DNA from: an uncultured delta proteobacterium
GTDB lineage: Bacteria > Myxococcota > UBA727 > VGSZ01
NCBI GenBank assembly: GCA_963775425.1
Contig: CAVZJB010000011.1
Span: 704,001-768,000 of the forward strand
DNA: 64,000 nt
Direction: 5' to 3'
The notes under the pieces were generated by a model. The model worked only from the letters and a program-made list of their open reading frames with translations. It was not told where the DNA came from and made no database searches. The first letter of the stretch is position 1; each line of letters begins with the position of its first letter. Shown piece after piece: positions 50,270 to 62,944 of the stretch. The translations under genes were made by a program, and so were the position numbers.

Positions 50270-51289
50270 GTGCCGGCCGCGGCGCTCATCGCGCTCGCCG
50301 CCCTGCTCGCGCCCGCGGCCGGCGCCGAGGAGGTCCCCTGGGCCGGGTCCATGCGCGAAGAGCTCGTCAACCTCCTCGCGGACCACGGCGGCCGCCTCGA
50401 GGTCTACGTCGAGGACCTCCGGCGCGGGACCACGTTCGCCGTCAACGCGGACCGCCCGGTGTACCTCGCGTCGTCGGTGAAGCTGCTCGTGCTCGTCGAG
50501 GTGTTCCGCCAGCGCGACGCCGGCGCGCTGTCCCTGGACGAGGGCCTGTATTACGGCAGGAAGGACATCCGCGACGGCGCGCCCGCCATGAACCGCAAGC
50601 GCGTGGGCAAGCGCTACAAGGTGCGCGACCTCGTCACCTACATGATCCGCGACAGCGACAACGCCGCCACCGACCTGCTGATGAAGCGGGTGGGGCTCGA
50701 CAACATCGAGCGCGGGCTGACGCGCGACGGCATCGGCGGCGTCGGCCCGCTCGTCAGGATGGTCCACCTGCGCCGCTCCGTGTATCGCGCGCTCGATCCG
50801 CGCGCCGACCACCTCGACGCCGTCGAGCTTCGCGACGTCCTTTGGCGCGATCACCACCACCCGCGCCTCGATCTCCTGAAGAAGCACATCGGCAAGCCCT
50901 GGGGCGACTACGACCTTGCCGACCTCGACGCCGCCTACGACGCCTACTACGAAACGGGCGTGAACCACGCGTCCATGCGCGCCATGGGCACCGTGCTCGG
51001 GCGCATCGTGCGCGGCACCATGGTCTCCCGCCGCGCCAGCGCCGACATGCTGCGCGAGCTCGAGCACGTGTGGAGCAGCGGCAACCGCATCGACGGCGTC
51101 ATCCCCGCCGGCACCCGCCTCGCGCACAAGACCGGCACCCAGCGCCGGCGCATCGTCGACGCCGCCGTGGTGTGGCTGAAGGACGGCACGCCGCTCGTGA
51201 TGTGCATCGCGGTCCAGGGGCTGAAGCAGGACGACGCCGAAGCGCTGCTGCGCGCCGTGGCCACGCGCATCTTCGAGCGAGCCGGGTAG
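50270..51289 (+). CDS. Class A beta-lactamase-like serine hydrolase (start uncertain)
   Basis: ASSVK, SDN, HKTG; signal peptide. Confidence 0.85.
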   Translation: MPAAALIALAALLAPAAGAEEVPWAGSMREELVNLLADHGGRLEVYVEDLRRGTTFAVNADRPVYLASSVKLLVLVEVFRQRDAGALSLDEGLYYGRKDIRDGAPAMNRKRVGKRYKVRDLVTYMIRDSDNAATDLLMKRVGLDNIERGLTRDGIGGVGPLVRMVHLRRSVYRALDPRADHLDAVELRDVLWRDHHHPRLDLLKKHIGKPWGDYDLADLDAAYDAYYETGVNHASMRAMGTVLGRIVRGTMVSRRASADMLRELEHVWSSGNRIDGVIPAGTRLAHKTGTQRRRIVDAAVVWLKDGTPLVMCIAVQGLKQDDAEALLRAVATRIFERAG

Positions 51290-51450
51290 CGGGCCGCGCG
51301 GCTCGAACGGCCCGCCGGTCGCCCTCGCGGCCGCGCGGGACGGCGCGGAGCGTCATGCGGCGCGTTGCGTCGGCGGCGGCGCCGTGTCGACGACGACCAA
51401 CGGCAAGGACCGCCGTTGCGCTTTGCCCGCGCGAATGCTCGCGTGGCGTC

Positions 51451-54441
51451 ATGACGACGACCGCGAAGCCCGATCCCATGGACGAAGAGATCCTCAAGCT
51501 CGGCGGGTTGATCAGCGCCGCGATGAAGGGCGAGACGCCGGGCGTGTTCAACAAGGCCTACTGGGAGGGCGCCATCCTCGAGTGGGCCATGAAGGACCCG
51601 TCGTTCAAGGTCGACATGTTCCGGTTCGTCGACGTCTTCGCCTCGCTCTCCACGCGCGACCAGGTCACCCAGCACATCCGCGAGTACCTGCTGAAGGACG
51701 GGCGCGACCTCCCCACGCTGATCTCGGCGGCGCTCAAGGCGGCCACCGCCGGCATCACCGCCCCCGTCGCCCAGGCCACCATGCGCAAGCAGATCGAGGG
51801 CATGGCCAACCGCTTCATCGTCGGCGCCGACGCCAAAGAGGCGCTCTCCGAGCTCAAGAAGCTCCACAAGGACGGCATCGCCTTCACGGTGGACCTCCTC
51901 GGCGAAGCCACCGTCAGCGAGGACGAGGCCGACGTCTACGCCAAGCGCTACCTCGACCTCATCGACAACCTCTCGGACGAGGCCTCCAGGTGGCCCGCCG
52001 ACGACGTCATCGACCGAAACCACCTCGGGCCCATCCCGCGCACCAACGTCTCGCTCAAGATGTCGGCGATGTACTCGCAGATCGACCCCGTCGACGTCGC
52101 CGGCTCCGTCGCGGCGCTGAAGAAGCGGGTGCTGCCGCTGTTTTTGCGCGCCAGGGAGAAGAACGTCTTCCTGAACGTGGACCTCGAGCAGTGGGCCTTC
52201 CACGACATCACGTACGATCTGTTCGAGGACGTCGTCACGCACCCGGAGCTCAAGGGCTGGCCGCACATCGGCATCGTGGTGCAGGCGTACCTCAAGAGCG
52301 CGCGCAAGGACGCCGAGCGCCTCGCCTCCCTCGCTCGTCGTCGGGGAGCGCCGCTCGCGGTGCGGCTGGTGAAGGGCGCCTACTGGGACTACGAGACGGT
52401 GCTCGCGCGCCAACAGGGCTGGGACTGCCCGGTGTTCCCCGAGAAGGCGCAGACCGACCAGAGCTACGAGCAGCTCTCGCGCTACCTCCTCGAGAACATC
52501 GACCACCTCTCGCCCGCCTTCGGCTCCCACAACCTGCGCTCGCTGACGCACGCGCTCGTGCTCGCGCGCGAGATGAAGGCGCCGGAGCGCGCGTACGAAG
52601 TGCAGATGCTCTACGGCATGGCCGAGCCCGAGCGCAAAGCGTTCCGCGCGCAGGGCACCCGCGTGCGCGTCTACGCGCCGGTCGGCCAGCTCCTGCCGGG
52701 CATGGCGTACCTCGTGCGCCGCCTCCTCGAGAACACGTCGAACTCGGGCTTCTTGAAGCTCTCGCACCACGACCACGTCGACGTGCAGAAGCTCATGCAG
52801 CGCCCGCAGGTCGCCGGCGTCGTCGAGAAGCCGCTGCCGATGAAGCGCGGCGACCTGCGCACGCCTTTTTCCAACTGCGCCCTCGCGGACTTCTCGCGGC
52901 CGGCGGCGCGTGAAGCGTTCGCCAAGGCCGTCTCCGCCGTGGAGCGCACGCTTCCGCGCGCGGTGCCGGTGGTGGTGGCGGGCAAGGAGCGGGCGCCGTC
53001 GGCGTCGGCGCCGGGCTTCGCGCGGATGTGTCCGAGCGAGGCGTCGCGCAAGGTGGCCGACGTCGCCGCGGCCACGCTCGCCGACGTCGACGCCGCCGTC
53101 GCGAGCGCCAGGGCCGCGTACCCCGCGTGGCGCGATCGTCCGCTGGAGGAGCGCGCGCTCTTCCTCGAGAGGCTCGCCGACGCCATGGAGGAGGACCGCG
53201 ACGCCATGGCGGCGCTGCAGTGCTTCGAGGTGGGCAAGCCCTGGAAGGAGGCCGACGCCGACGTCGCCGAGGCCGTCGACTTCTGCCGCTACTACGCGCG
53301 CCGCGCGCTCGTGGAGCTGGCGCCGCTGAAGCAGGGGAACGTCTGGGGCGAGGACAACACGCTGTCGTACGAGGGCAGGGGCGTGTGCGTCGTCATCGCG
53401 CCGTGGAACTTCCCGCTCGCCATCCTCGCCGGCATGGCCTCCGCCGCGCTCGTCGCGGGCAACACCGTGATCCTCAAGCCGGCGGAGCAGTCGTCGGCGG
53501 TGGCGCACGGCTTGTTCGCGGCCATACGCGCCGCGGGCTTCCCCGACGACGTGGTGCACTTCCTCCCCGGCGTCGGCGAGGAGATCGGCCCGGCGCTCGT
53601 CGAGCACAAGGACGTCGCCCAGATCGCGTTCACGGGGTCCAAGGCCGTCGGCCTCGCCATCGTTCAGGCCGCGCACGTCACCAAGCCCGGGCAGGAGCAG
53701 GTCAAGCGCGTCGTCTGCGAGATGGGCGGAAAGAACGCCATCGTCGTCGACGATGACGCGGACCTCGACGAAGCCGTTCAGGGAGTCGTCAAGAGCGCCT
53801 TCGGCTTCGCGGGCCAGAAGTGCTCGGCGTGCAGCCGCGTGCTCGTGCACGCCGCCGTCGCCGACGGCTTCATCGAGCGCCTCAAGGCCGCCGCGCAGAG
53901 CATCGTGATGGGGCCGGCGCAGTCGGCGCACACCACGCTCGGCCCGGTCGTCGACGACGACGCACACGCGCGCCTCATGGGCGTCATCCGTGCGCCCGGC
54001 GAGGGCGCGGCGCCGATCTTCGTCGGCGAGGCGCCGCAGGGCGGGACCTTCGTGCCGCCGGCCGTCTTCGAGGTACAGGACGCGGGGCACATGCTCATGC
54101 AGCGCGAGCTCTTCGGCCCGGTGCTCGCCGTGTTGCGCGTGAAGTCCTTCGACGACGCGCTCACCGTCGCCAACGGCACCGAGTTCGCGCTCACCGGCGC
54201 GGTGTTCTCGCGGAGCCCCGCGCACCTCGACGTCGCGCGCAAGAAGTTCCGCGTCGGCAACCTCTACCTCAACCGCGGCAGCACCGGCGCGCTCGTCGAG
54301 CGGCAGCCCTTCGGCGGCTTTCACATGAGCGGCATCGGCACCAAGGCCGGCGGCCCCGGCTACCTCCAACTGTTCGCGGACCCGCGGGCGGTCACCGAGA
54401 ACACCATGCGCCGCGGGTTCACGCCCGAGCTCCAGGAGTAG
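51451..54441 (+). CDS. putA: Bifunctional proline dehydrogenase / P5C dehydrogenase
   Basis: DLLGE, VRLVKGAYWD, SHN, YLVRRLLEN, PWNFP, FTGS, EMGGKN, GQKCSA, QPFGG. Confidence 0.95.
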   Translation: MTTTAKPDPMDEEILKLGGLISAAMKGETPGVFNKAYWEGAILEWAMKDPSFKVDMFRFVDVFASLSTRDQVTQHIREYLLKDGRDLPTLISAALKAATAGITAPVAQATMRKQIEGMANRFIVGADAKEALSELKKLHKDGIAFTVDLLGEATVSEDEADVYAKRYLDLIDNLSDEASRWPADDVIDRNHLGPIPRTNVSLKMSAMYSQIDPVDVAGSVAALKKRVLPLFLRAREKNVFLNVDLEQWAFHDITYDLFEDVVTHPELKGWPHIGIVVQAYLKSARKDAERLASLARRRGAPLAVRLVKGAYWDYETVLARQQGWDCPVFPEKAQTDQSYEQLSRYLLENIDHLSPAFGSHNLRSLTHALVLAREMKAPERAYEVQMLYGMAEPERKAFRAQGTRVRVYAPVGQLLPGMAYLVRRLLENTSNSGFLKLSHHDHVDVQKLMQRPQVAGVVEKPLPMKRGDLRTPFSNCALADFSRPAAREAFAKAVSAVERTLPRAVPVVVAGKERAPSASAPGFARMCPSEASRKVADVAAATLADVDAAVASARAAYPAWRDRPLEERALFLERLADAMEEDRDAMAALQCFEVGKPWKEADADVAEAVDFCRYYARRALVELAPLKQGNVWGEDNTLSYEGRGVCVVIAPWNFPLAILAGMASAALVAGNTVILKPAEQSSAVAHGLFAAIRAAGFPDDVVHFLPGVGEEIGPALVEHKDVAQIAFTGSKAVGLAIVQAAHVTKPGQEQVKRVVCEMGGKNAIVVDDDADLDEAVQGVVKSAFGFAGQKCSACSRVLVHAAVADGFIERLKAAAQSIVMGPAQSAHTTLGPVVDDDAHARLMGVIRAPGEGAAPIFVGEAPQGGTFVPPAVFEVQDAGHMLMQRELFGPVLAVLRVKSFDDALTVANGTEFALTGAVFSRSPAHLDVARKKFRVGNLYLNRGSTGALVERQPFGGFHMSGIGTKAGGPGYLQLFADPRAVTENTMRRGFTPELQE

Positions 54442-54445
54442 GTCG

Positions 54446-56101
54446 GTGGACACAGCGCCAAAAAACGGGATGGCCGACGGACCCGACACCTCGCTGCCGC
54501 TCTTGCACAAAGACGCCTTCGAGGCGCGCGGGCGCGGCATCTGGAAGGTCGATCCCGAGCGGATCGAGGGGACCGAGGCCGCGCGCGTGGTCCTCGTCAC
54601 CGCGATGACGCCGACCCCCGCGGGCGAGGGCAAGACCACCACCACCATCGGCCTCGTCGACGGGCTGCGCCGGCGCGGCGTGCGCGCGGTGGGCGCGCTG
54701 CGCGAGCCGAGCCTCGGCCCGCTGTTCGGCCGAAAGGGCGGCGCGGTCGGCGGCGGCCGCTCGCGCGTCGAGCCCGCCGACGCCATCAACCTCCACTTCA
54801 CCGGCGACATCCACGCGGTGACGTCGGCGCACAACCTGCTCGCCGCCATCGTCGACAACCACGTGTTCCAGGGCCTCGCGCCGAAGATCGCCACGGTGAC
54901 CTGGGGCCGCGTGCTCGACATGAACAATCGCGCCCTGCGCACCGTCGAGGTGGGCCTGGCCACGCCGAAGCACGAAGGCGCCGTGCACAGGAGCCGCTTC
55001 GACATCTCCGCGGCGTCGGAGGTGATGGCGGTGCTGTGCGTGTCGTCGTCGATCGAGGACATGCGCGCGCGGCTCGATCGCATCGTCGTCGGCGCCACCC
55101 CCGAGGGGAGACCGGTGACCGCCAAGGACCTCGGCGCGTCCGGCGCGATGGCCGCCATCCTCCTCGACGCCGCCCGGCCCAACTACGTCGAGTCCCTCGA
55201 GCACAGCCCGTTCTTCATCCATGGCGGCCCCTTCGCCAACGTGGCGCAGGGCACGTCGTCGCTGATGGCCACGCGGCTCGCGCGCAAGCTCGGCGACGTC
55301 GTCGTTACGGAGGCGGGCTTCGCCTTCGACCTCGGCGGCTTCAAGTTCCTCGACATCAAGTGCCGCATCGGCGGCTTCCTGCCGGCGTGCGTGGTCCTCG
55401 TGTCCACCGTGCGCGCGCTGCGCTTCCACGGCGGCGGCGCGGACCACGCACAGCCGGACGCCGCGGCCGTGTCCCGCGGCCTCGACAACGTGGCCGCGCA
55501 CGCCGAGAGCATGAAGCGCCTGGGCCTGGCGCCGCCGGTGCTCGCCATCAACCGCTTCCCCGACGACTCCGTCGACGAGCTCCGCCTCGTCCACGAGCGC
55601 GCGCGCGCCTTGGGCGTCGTCGCCGCCGAGGGCACGTACTTCGCCGACGGCGGCGCGGGCGCGCTGGCGTTGGCCGACGCCGTCATCGGTGGGATGAGCG
55701 CATCGAGCGAGCCGAGCTACGCCGGGCCGTACGCCGACGGCGATTCGCTGTCCGACAAGATCGCCAAGGTCGCGCGCACGGTGCTCGGCGCGGAGGGCGC
55801 GGTGCTCACCGACGCCGCCAAGGAGGACCTCGCGCACCTCGAGAAGCTCGGCCTCGCGCACCTGCCCATCTGCCTCGCCAAGACCCACCTCTCCATCAGC
55901 GACGACGCCAAGGTGAAGGGGCGGCCGCCGCCGTTCACGCTCAAGGTCACCGGGCTGCGCGCGTCGGCCGCGGCGGGCTTCGTCGTCGTCTTGTGCGGGG
56001 CCATCCTGACCATGCCGGGGCTCCCCAAGGATCCCGCGGCGTCACGCATCGACGTCGAGCGCGATCCCTCGGGGCGCTGGCGCGTGCGCGGCCTCGCGTG
56101 A
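54446..56101 (+). CDS. fhs: Formate--tetrahydrofolate ligase (alternative start 54470)
   Basis: TPTPAGEGKTT, LREPSLGP, INLHFTGD, HGGPFAN, VTEAGF, TMPGLP. Confidence 0.93.
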   Translation: MDTAPKNGMADGPDTSLPLLHKDAFEARGRGIWKVDPERIEGTEAARVVLVTAMTPTPAGEGKTTTTIGLVDGLRRRGVRAVGALREPSLGPLFGRKGGAVGGGRSRVEPADAINLHFTGDIHAVTSAHNLLAAIVDNHVFQGLAPKIATVTWGRVLDMNNRALRTVEVGLATPKHEGAVHRSRFDISAASEVMAVLCVSSSIEDMRARLDRIVVGATPEGRPVTAKDLGASGAMAAILLDAARPNYVESLEHSPFFIHGGPFANVAQGTSSLMATRLARKLGDVVVTEAGFAFDLGGFKFLDIKCRIGGFLPACVVLVSTVRALRFHGGGADHAQPDAAAVSRGLDNVAAHAESMKRLGLAPPVLAINRFPDDSVDELRLVHERARALGVVAAEGTYFADGGAGALALADAVIGGMSASSEPSYAGPYADGDSLSDKIAKVARTVLGAEGAVLTDAAKEDLAHLEKLGLAHLPICLAKTHLSISDDAKVKGRPPPFTLKVTGLRASAAAGFVVVLCGAILTMPGLPKDPAASRIDVERDPSGRWRVRGLA

Positions 56102-56148
56102 GCGCCGCACCCCTCGCCGCGCTTTCGTCGCGGTGCTAACCCGCGCGC

Positions 56149-57216
56149 ATGATTCTCGCCGCCGTCGCCCTCGCGCTCCTCGCCGCCGATCCCGCGCCGC
56201 CGCCCGCGCCCGCGCCGCCGCCTCCGGCGCCCGCGCCGCCGCCGCCCGCGCCCGCGCCGGCGCCGGCGCCGAAGAAGGCCGCGCACAAGCGGGCGCCCCG
56301 GGCGAAGGCGCCGCGGAAAGACGCGAAGAAGGGCGAGGCGGCGAAGGCGGGAGAGAAGGCGCCGGCCAAGGAGCTGCACACGCCGGCCAAGGGACACCTG
56401 GTGCTCGGCAAGGAGACGGTGGGCAAGCGGTCGACGTTCGTCGTCTCCGTCGGGGACTGCAGGGTGCCGAAGGGGGCGCCCAAGGGGACGCCCGCGGAGT
56501 GCGCGGTGCAGGTGCAGCTCAAGTCGCGGAAGCAGAAGCTGCCGTGGACCTCGCCGGCGGGCGCCGTGTACCAACAGGGCGACGCCAACTTCGCCATCGG
56601 CGACGACGCCGACACGGCGCTGGCGGTGTCGTGGAAGCCGCTGTCGATCGCCAAGGGCGTCGACGGCATCATGGTCACGGAGCAGAGCGGCGGCGAGCGC
56701 GTGAAGCAGCGCCACGACGTGTTCCTCGACGTGCGCGGGCGCCTCGACTACGCGTTGTCGGCGGGGCCGCAGCGCGGCGAGGACACGTGGTCGACGGTGT
56801 CCACCCTCGACGTCGACGGCAACGGCAGCCAGGAGATCATCCTGGTGCACGCGTCGCGGCCGGACGCGGAGACCGAGGCGGACGAGTGGGACATGTCCGT
56901 GTGGGGCTGGCGCGCCGACGTCCGCAAGATCGTGAAGCTCCCGTCGTGGACGCCCACCATCCACGCCGCCATGGTGGGTGAGTTCAACAGCGTCGCCGCC
57001 GCGCGGGAGCTCGCGAAGGAGAAGTGCCTGCGCGAGTTCATCGTCGTCGACAGCAAGAGCGCGCCGCTCCTCGAGGAGAACATGTTCGCCGTGGTCTACC
57101 CGGCGGCCACCGAGCGGGACGCCGAGCTCGCGCTCGAGGCCGCCACGGCGTGCGACGACGACATCGTGGGCGCGGTGAAGATCATCTCGCGCGGCATGGA
57201 CGTCAAAGCCGAGTGA
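56149..57216 (+). CDS. Secreted hypothetical protein with Pro/Lys linker and DxDGNG motif
   Basis: Short hydrophobic N-terminus; DVDGNGSQEI. Confidence 0.7.
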   Translation: MILAAVALALLAADPAPPPAPAPPPPAPAPPPPAPAPAPAPKKAAHKRAPRAKAPRKDAKKGEAAKAGEKAPAKELHTPAKGHLVLGKETVGKRSTFVVSVGDCRVPKGAPKGTPAECAVQVQLKSRKQKLPWTSPAGAVYQQGDANFAIGDDADTALAVSWKPLSIAKGVDGIMVTEQSGGERVKQRHDVFLDVRGRLDYALSAGPQRGEDTWSTVSTLDVDGNGSQEIILVHASRPDAETEADEWDMSVWGWRADVRKIVKLPSWTPTIHAAMVGEFNSVAAARELAKEKCLREFIVVDSKSAPLLEENMFAVVYPAATERDAELALEAATACDDDIVGAVKIISRGMDVKAE

Positions 57217-57222
57217 GGCTCC

Positions 57223-57585
57223 TCAGCAGAAGGTCTCGACGTCGTCGAGCGCGTCGCGCGCGGCGCCGCGCACCGCGGGATCTTGCAGGAGCGGCTCGAG
57301 GAGCGCGCGCAGCCGTCCGGCGCGCTCTCCGCCCCCGCCGTGCACGCGCGCGAGGTGGCCGCACGCCCGCGCCGCGGCCGCGCGCACCAGGGGGCTGTCG
57401 TGGCGCAGCGCGGCCGACAGCCGCCCCTCGAGCCACGCGTCGTCGTCGACGGAGAGCGCGGCCGAGATGAGCGCGGCGGCGACGGCCTGCGCGTCGGCAC
57501 CTTCGTCGTCGAGCGCGTGCTCCGCTTGTTCGCGCGTGAGCGCCGGCGGCTGCTCGTAGCGGCGATCGTCGGGGGAGCGGGTCAC
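57223..57585 (-). CDS. HEAT-like putative toxin immunity protein
   Basis: GTGA overlap with the upstream stop; YEQP..ALISAAL..W..HDSPLVR.AA..CGHLARVHG. Confidence 0.65.
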   Translation of the reverse strand: MTRSPDDRRYEQPPALTREQAEHALDDEGADAQAVAAALISAALSVDDDAWLEGRLSAALRHDSPLVRAAAARACGHLARVHGGGGERAGRLRALLEPLLQDPAVRGAARDALDDVETFC

Positions 57586-58544
57586 AGGAGCTTCCCGTTG
57601 CGGGCCACCAGGCCGGCGTGGATGAGCGCCTGCTGCATGTCCGGGTGGAGCTGGTTCCACGTGCGCGTGTGCGCGTGGAACACGCCGGCGACGGTCTCGT
57701 CGAACACGACGTATTCGTGCGCGTCCTTGTCGATGCCGACGCGGCGGGAGCTCTCGCTCTTCACCTGCACGCTGGCGTCGAGGACCTCCTGGCCGTGCGT
57801 GGGCGCGGGGCTCACGTAGCCGCCCTGCACGGTGCCCACGTGGTGCTTGGGCGACGCTTCGTACACGCGGCCGGGGGCGTCGTCCGTCTCGGACGGCAGC
57901 ACGAGCCCCACGGCCTGCGCGAACGCCTCGACGCGTGCGCGCTCGCGGTCTCCGCCGCTGGTGTCGCCGACGCCGCACCAACTGCGCGCGACGACGAGCA
58001 GCGCCGTCACATGCGCGTCGAAGGACGTCCGCACGCCCATGGCCTCGGCGATGCCGGCGAGCCCGCGGATGCGGTCGGGGCCCACGAAGAGGTCGGCGCG
58101 CCCGAGCAGCTCGGGCAGCAGCCGGTCGGCGTGGGCGCACAGGATCTCGTCGAACGCGGCGGTGACGCCGAGCTCGCCGGCGACGGCGCGCAGCGCGAGG
58201 TGATCGTCGAGGCCGGCGCGGGGCCGCGACAGCTCCTTGTACGCCGTGCGCAGGAGCTTGCGCTGCTCGTCGCTCAAGCGGCCGTCGACGCCGCGGCGCA
58301 TCCGCACCTGCGCGAGCTGCAGCGCCTGCGTGCTCGACGAGCCACCCGCCGGCGCTTTGCCCACCGGCGTCTTGTCCGTGGACAGCGCGAGCTTCTTCTT
58401 GGCCGCGTCGACGGCGGCGTCGTCGCTCGTCGTCGTGCCCTGCTTGGCGACCTCGGCGAGCGTGGCCTCGACGTTCGGACCCGGGTGAACGGGCCCGTCG
58501 AGGCGCGCGTGTCGGAGCTGACGCTGCCGGGTCTTGTCGAGCAC
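57582..58544 (-). CDS. Protein with C-terminal polymorphic-toxin-like (putative nuclease) domain
   Basis: YEASPKH..GQEVLDAS..RRVGID..EYVVFDET..FHAH.R.W..L; followed by a small coupled gene; GTG start uncertain. Confidence 0.6.
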   Translation of the reverse strand: MLDKTRQRQLRHARLDGPVHPGPNVEATLAEVAKQGTTTSDDAAVDAAKKKLALSTDKTPVGKAPAGGSSSTQALQLAQVRMRRGVDGRLSDEQRKLLRTAYKELSRPRAGLDDHLALRAVAGELGVTAAFDEILCAHADRLLPELLGRADLFVGPDRIRGLAGIAEAMGVRTSFDAHVTALLVVARSWCGVGDTSGGDRERARVEAFAQAVGLVLPSETDDAPGRVYEASPKHHVGTVQGGYVSPAPTHGQEVLDASVQVKSESSRRVGIDKDAHEYVVFDETVAGVFHAHTRTWNQLHPDMQQALIHAGLVARNGKLL

Positions 58545-58545
58545 C

Positions 58546-59145
58546 TCAGCCGCCGAACCGCAGCCACGACGGCGGCCAGCGCCGCGTCTGCTCAGCGTCG
58601 AAGTGGACGACGCGCACGTTGCCGTAGTCGAGCTTGGTGACGTCGATGCCCGCGAGGTCCTTGGTGTACGCCGGGAGCGCCGCGCGCACCGGGACCCAGT
58701 AGGTCGGGTAGTCGAGCACGCGCATCGAGTAGCCGAACCAGTGCTTGGGCATGGCGCGGAGGCTGACCCCGGGCCGGGTCTCGTCCCCGCGCGTGCCGCC
58801 GCGGCCGAGGAAGCTCTCCATCCGGCGGCCGTCGAACATCTCGTTGTAGGCGTCGACGATCCAGGCCTTCTTGATGTCGTGCTCGTCGCCGTAGGCGTCC
58901 CACGCCGCGTTGTCGAAGGCGAGCGCGACGGCGTGGTCCTCGTAGTCGGTGCCGTCGGGGTTGACGACGCGCACGTAGAGGTAGCGGGTCTCGACGCCGG
59001 CTTCGCGCAGCGCGAGGTGGGTGAGCATGGCGTGCTCGCGACAGACGCCGGCCCCGGCGTGGACGTAGTCGCCCGGGCCCGCGCCGGAGACGTCGTCGAG
59101 GTGCCGCTTGGGTGTATGGCCGCGGAGCCGATCGAGCAGGCCCAT
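58546..59145 (-). CDS. Transglutaminase-like / papain-fold Cys-His-Asp enzyme
   Basis: GVCREHA..L..AG, DHAV, WIVDAY. Confidence 0.72.
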   Translation of the reverse strand: MGLLDRLRGHTPKRHLDDVSGAGPGDYVHAGAGVCREHAMLTHLALREAGVETRYLYVRVVNPDGTDYEDHAVALAFDNAAWDAYGDEHDIKKAWIVDAYNEMFDGRRMESFLGRGGTRGDETRPGVSLRAMPKHWFGYSMRVLDYPTYWVPVRAALPAYTKDLAGIDVTKLDYGNVRVVHFDAEQTRRWPPSWLRFGG

Positions 59146-59169
59146 CGGTCGCAGTCTACTCTAGCCGCG

Positions 59170-60360
59170 ATGACCCGAGACCTCCCTTCTCGCCGGCAGG
59201 TGCTCGGCGGCATGACGCCGGCCACATTTCTCCGGCGCCACTGGCAGAAGCGGCCGCTCCTGGTGCGGCAGGCGTTCCCGGGGTTCGCCGGCCTCGTCGA
59301 CGTCGATGCGCTCTTTTCGTTCGCCGTCGAGCCGGGCGCCGTGTCGCGCGTCGTCGTGGAGCGCGCTTCGCGCGCGGGCTCGCGCTGGTCGCTCTACGAC
59401 GGCGCCCTCGTCGACCCGCACAAGCTCCCGCCCTCGCGTTGGACGGTCCTGTTGCAGGGGGCCGAGGGCTTCGTCGACGGCGGCTGGGACCTGCTGCGCG
59501 CGTTCTCCTTCATCCCGGCGGCGCGCGTCGACGACCTGATGATCAGCTACGCAGCCCCCGGCGGCTCGGTGGGCCCGCACGTGGACCTCTACGACGTGTT
59601 CCTCCTGCAGGGGCCCGGCCGGCGTCGCTGGCGCATCGAGACCGGCTCCTCCACGGGCCCGCGCGCCGTCGACGAGCGCGCGCCCATCAAGGTGCTCACG
59701 GACTTCGCGCCGGACGCCGAGTGGGTGCTCGAGCCGGGCGACATGTTGTACCTGCCTCCCGGCGTCGCCCACCACGGCGTCGCCGTCGACGGCTGCTTCA
59801 CGTACTCCATCGGCTTCCTCGCGCCCTCGCTCGAGTCGCTGGTGCAAAACTGGCTCGCGTACCTCGCGCAGACCGTCGAGATCGACCCGCTCGCGCTGTA
59901 CGCCGACCCCAGCCTCCGTGTGCCCTCGGACCCCGTCGTGTTGCCGGACGAGATGGTGCGCGCCGTGAAGAGGCTCGTCGCCGGCATCGGCGGTGACGTC
60001 GAGGAATTCCTCGGCCGCCTGCTCACCGGTCCGAAGCCCCATGTCGTGTTCGACGCGCCCGCGCGCCCCGTCTCTCCCTCGCGCTTCGCCGCGCGTCTGC
60101 GCGGGCGCGGCGCCCTCGCCCTGGCCAGGAAGAGCCGCGGACTCGTGTGCGGCGGCCGCGTGTTCCTCAACGGTGAGGCCCTCGTCGTCGACAAAGAGAC
60201 GCGCGACGTCCTCGCCACGCTCTTTCGCGAGCGGGCGGTGGCGCTCCCCTTCAGCGCGCCCGACGACGCAGTCGCGTGGCTTCACGGCGCCTACGCCGCC
60301 GGCTGGTTGCGGACGCAACGGAACCAGGCGCGTAGTGAGGCGCCCGCGGAGCGCGTTTGA
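59170..60360 (+). CDS. roxA: JmjC/cupin-4 2OG-Fe(II) oxygenase (RoxA/YcfD-like)
   Basis: FLRRHWQKRPLL, DDLMISYA, GPHVDLYDVFLLQ, LEPGDMLYLPPG.AHHG, SIGF. Confidence 0.85.
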   Translation: MTRDLPSRRQVLGGMTPATFLRRHWQKRPLLVRQAFPGFAGLVDVDALFSFAVEPGAVSRVVVERASRAGSRWSLYDGALVDPHKLPPSRWTVLLQGAEGFVDGGWDLLRAFSFIPAARVDDLMISYAAPGGSVGPHVDLYDVFLLQGPGRRRWRIETGSSTGPRAVDERAPIKVLTDFAPDAEWVLEPGDMLYLPPGVAHHGVAVDGCFTYSIGFLAPSLESLVQNWLAYLAQTVEIDPLALYADPSLRVPSDPVVLPDEMVRAVKRLVAGIGGDVEEFLGRLLTGPKPHVVFDAPARPVSPSRFAARLRGRGALALARKSRGLVCGGRVFLNGEALVVDKETRDVLATLFRERAVALPFSAPDDAVAWLHGAYAAGWLRTQRNQARSEAPAERV

Positions 60361-60394
60361 TACGCGCGAAGGCCGCGCGCGACCCTGAGCCCCT

Positions 60395-62944
<2,550 letters not shown>

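Noticed and set aside
50947-55182. Very long antisense and alternate-frame ORFs (e.g. 1411 aa here; also 3316-4986, 16583-19201, 36108-39005, 41849-43930)
   Set aside because: Shadows of real genes caused by stop-codon scarcity at high GC; Arg/Ala/Pro-rich with no motifs
51451-56101. putA-fhs adjacency as a novel pathway
   Set aside because: Both are ordinary enzymes; adjacency alone gives no support
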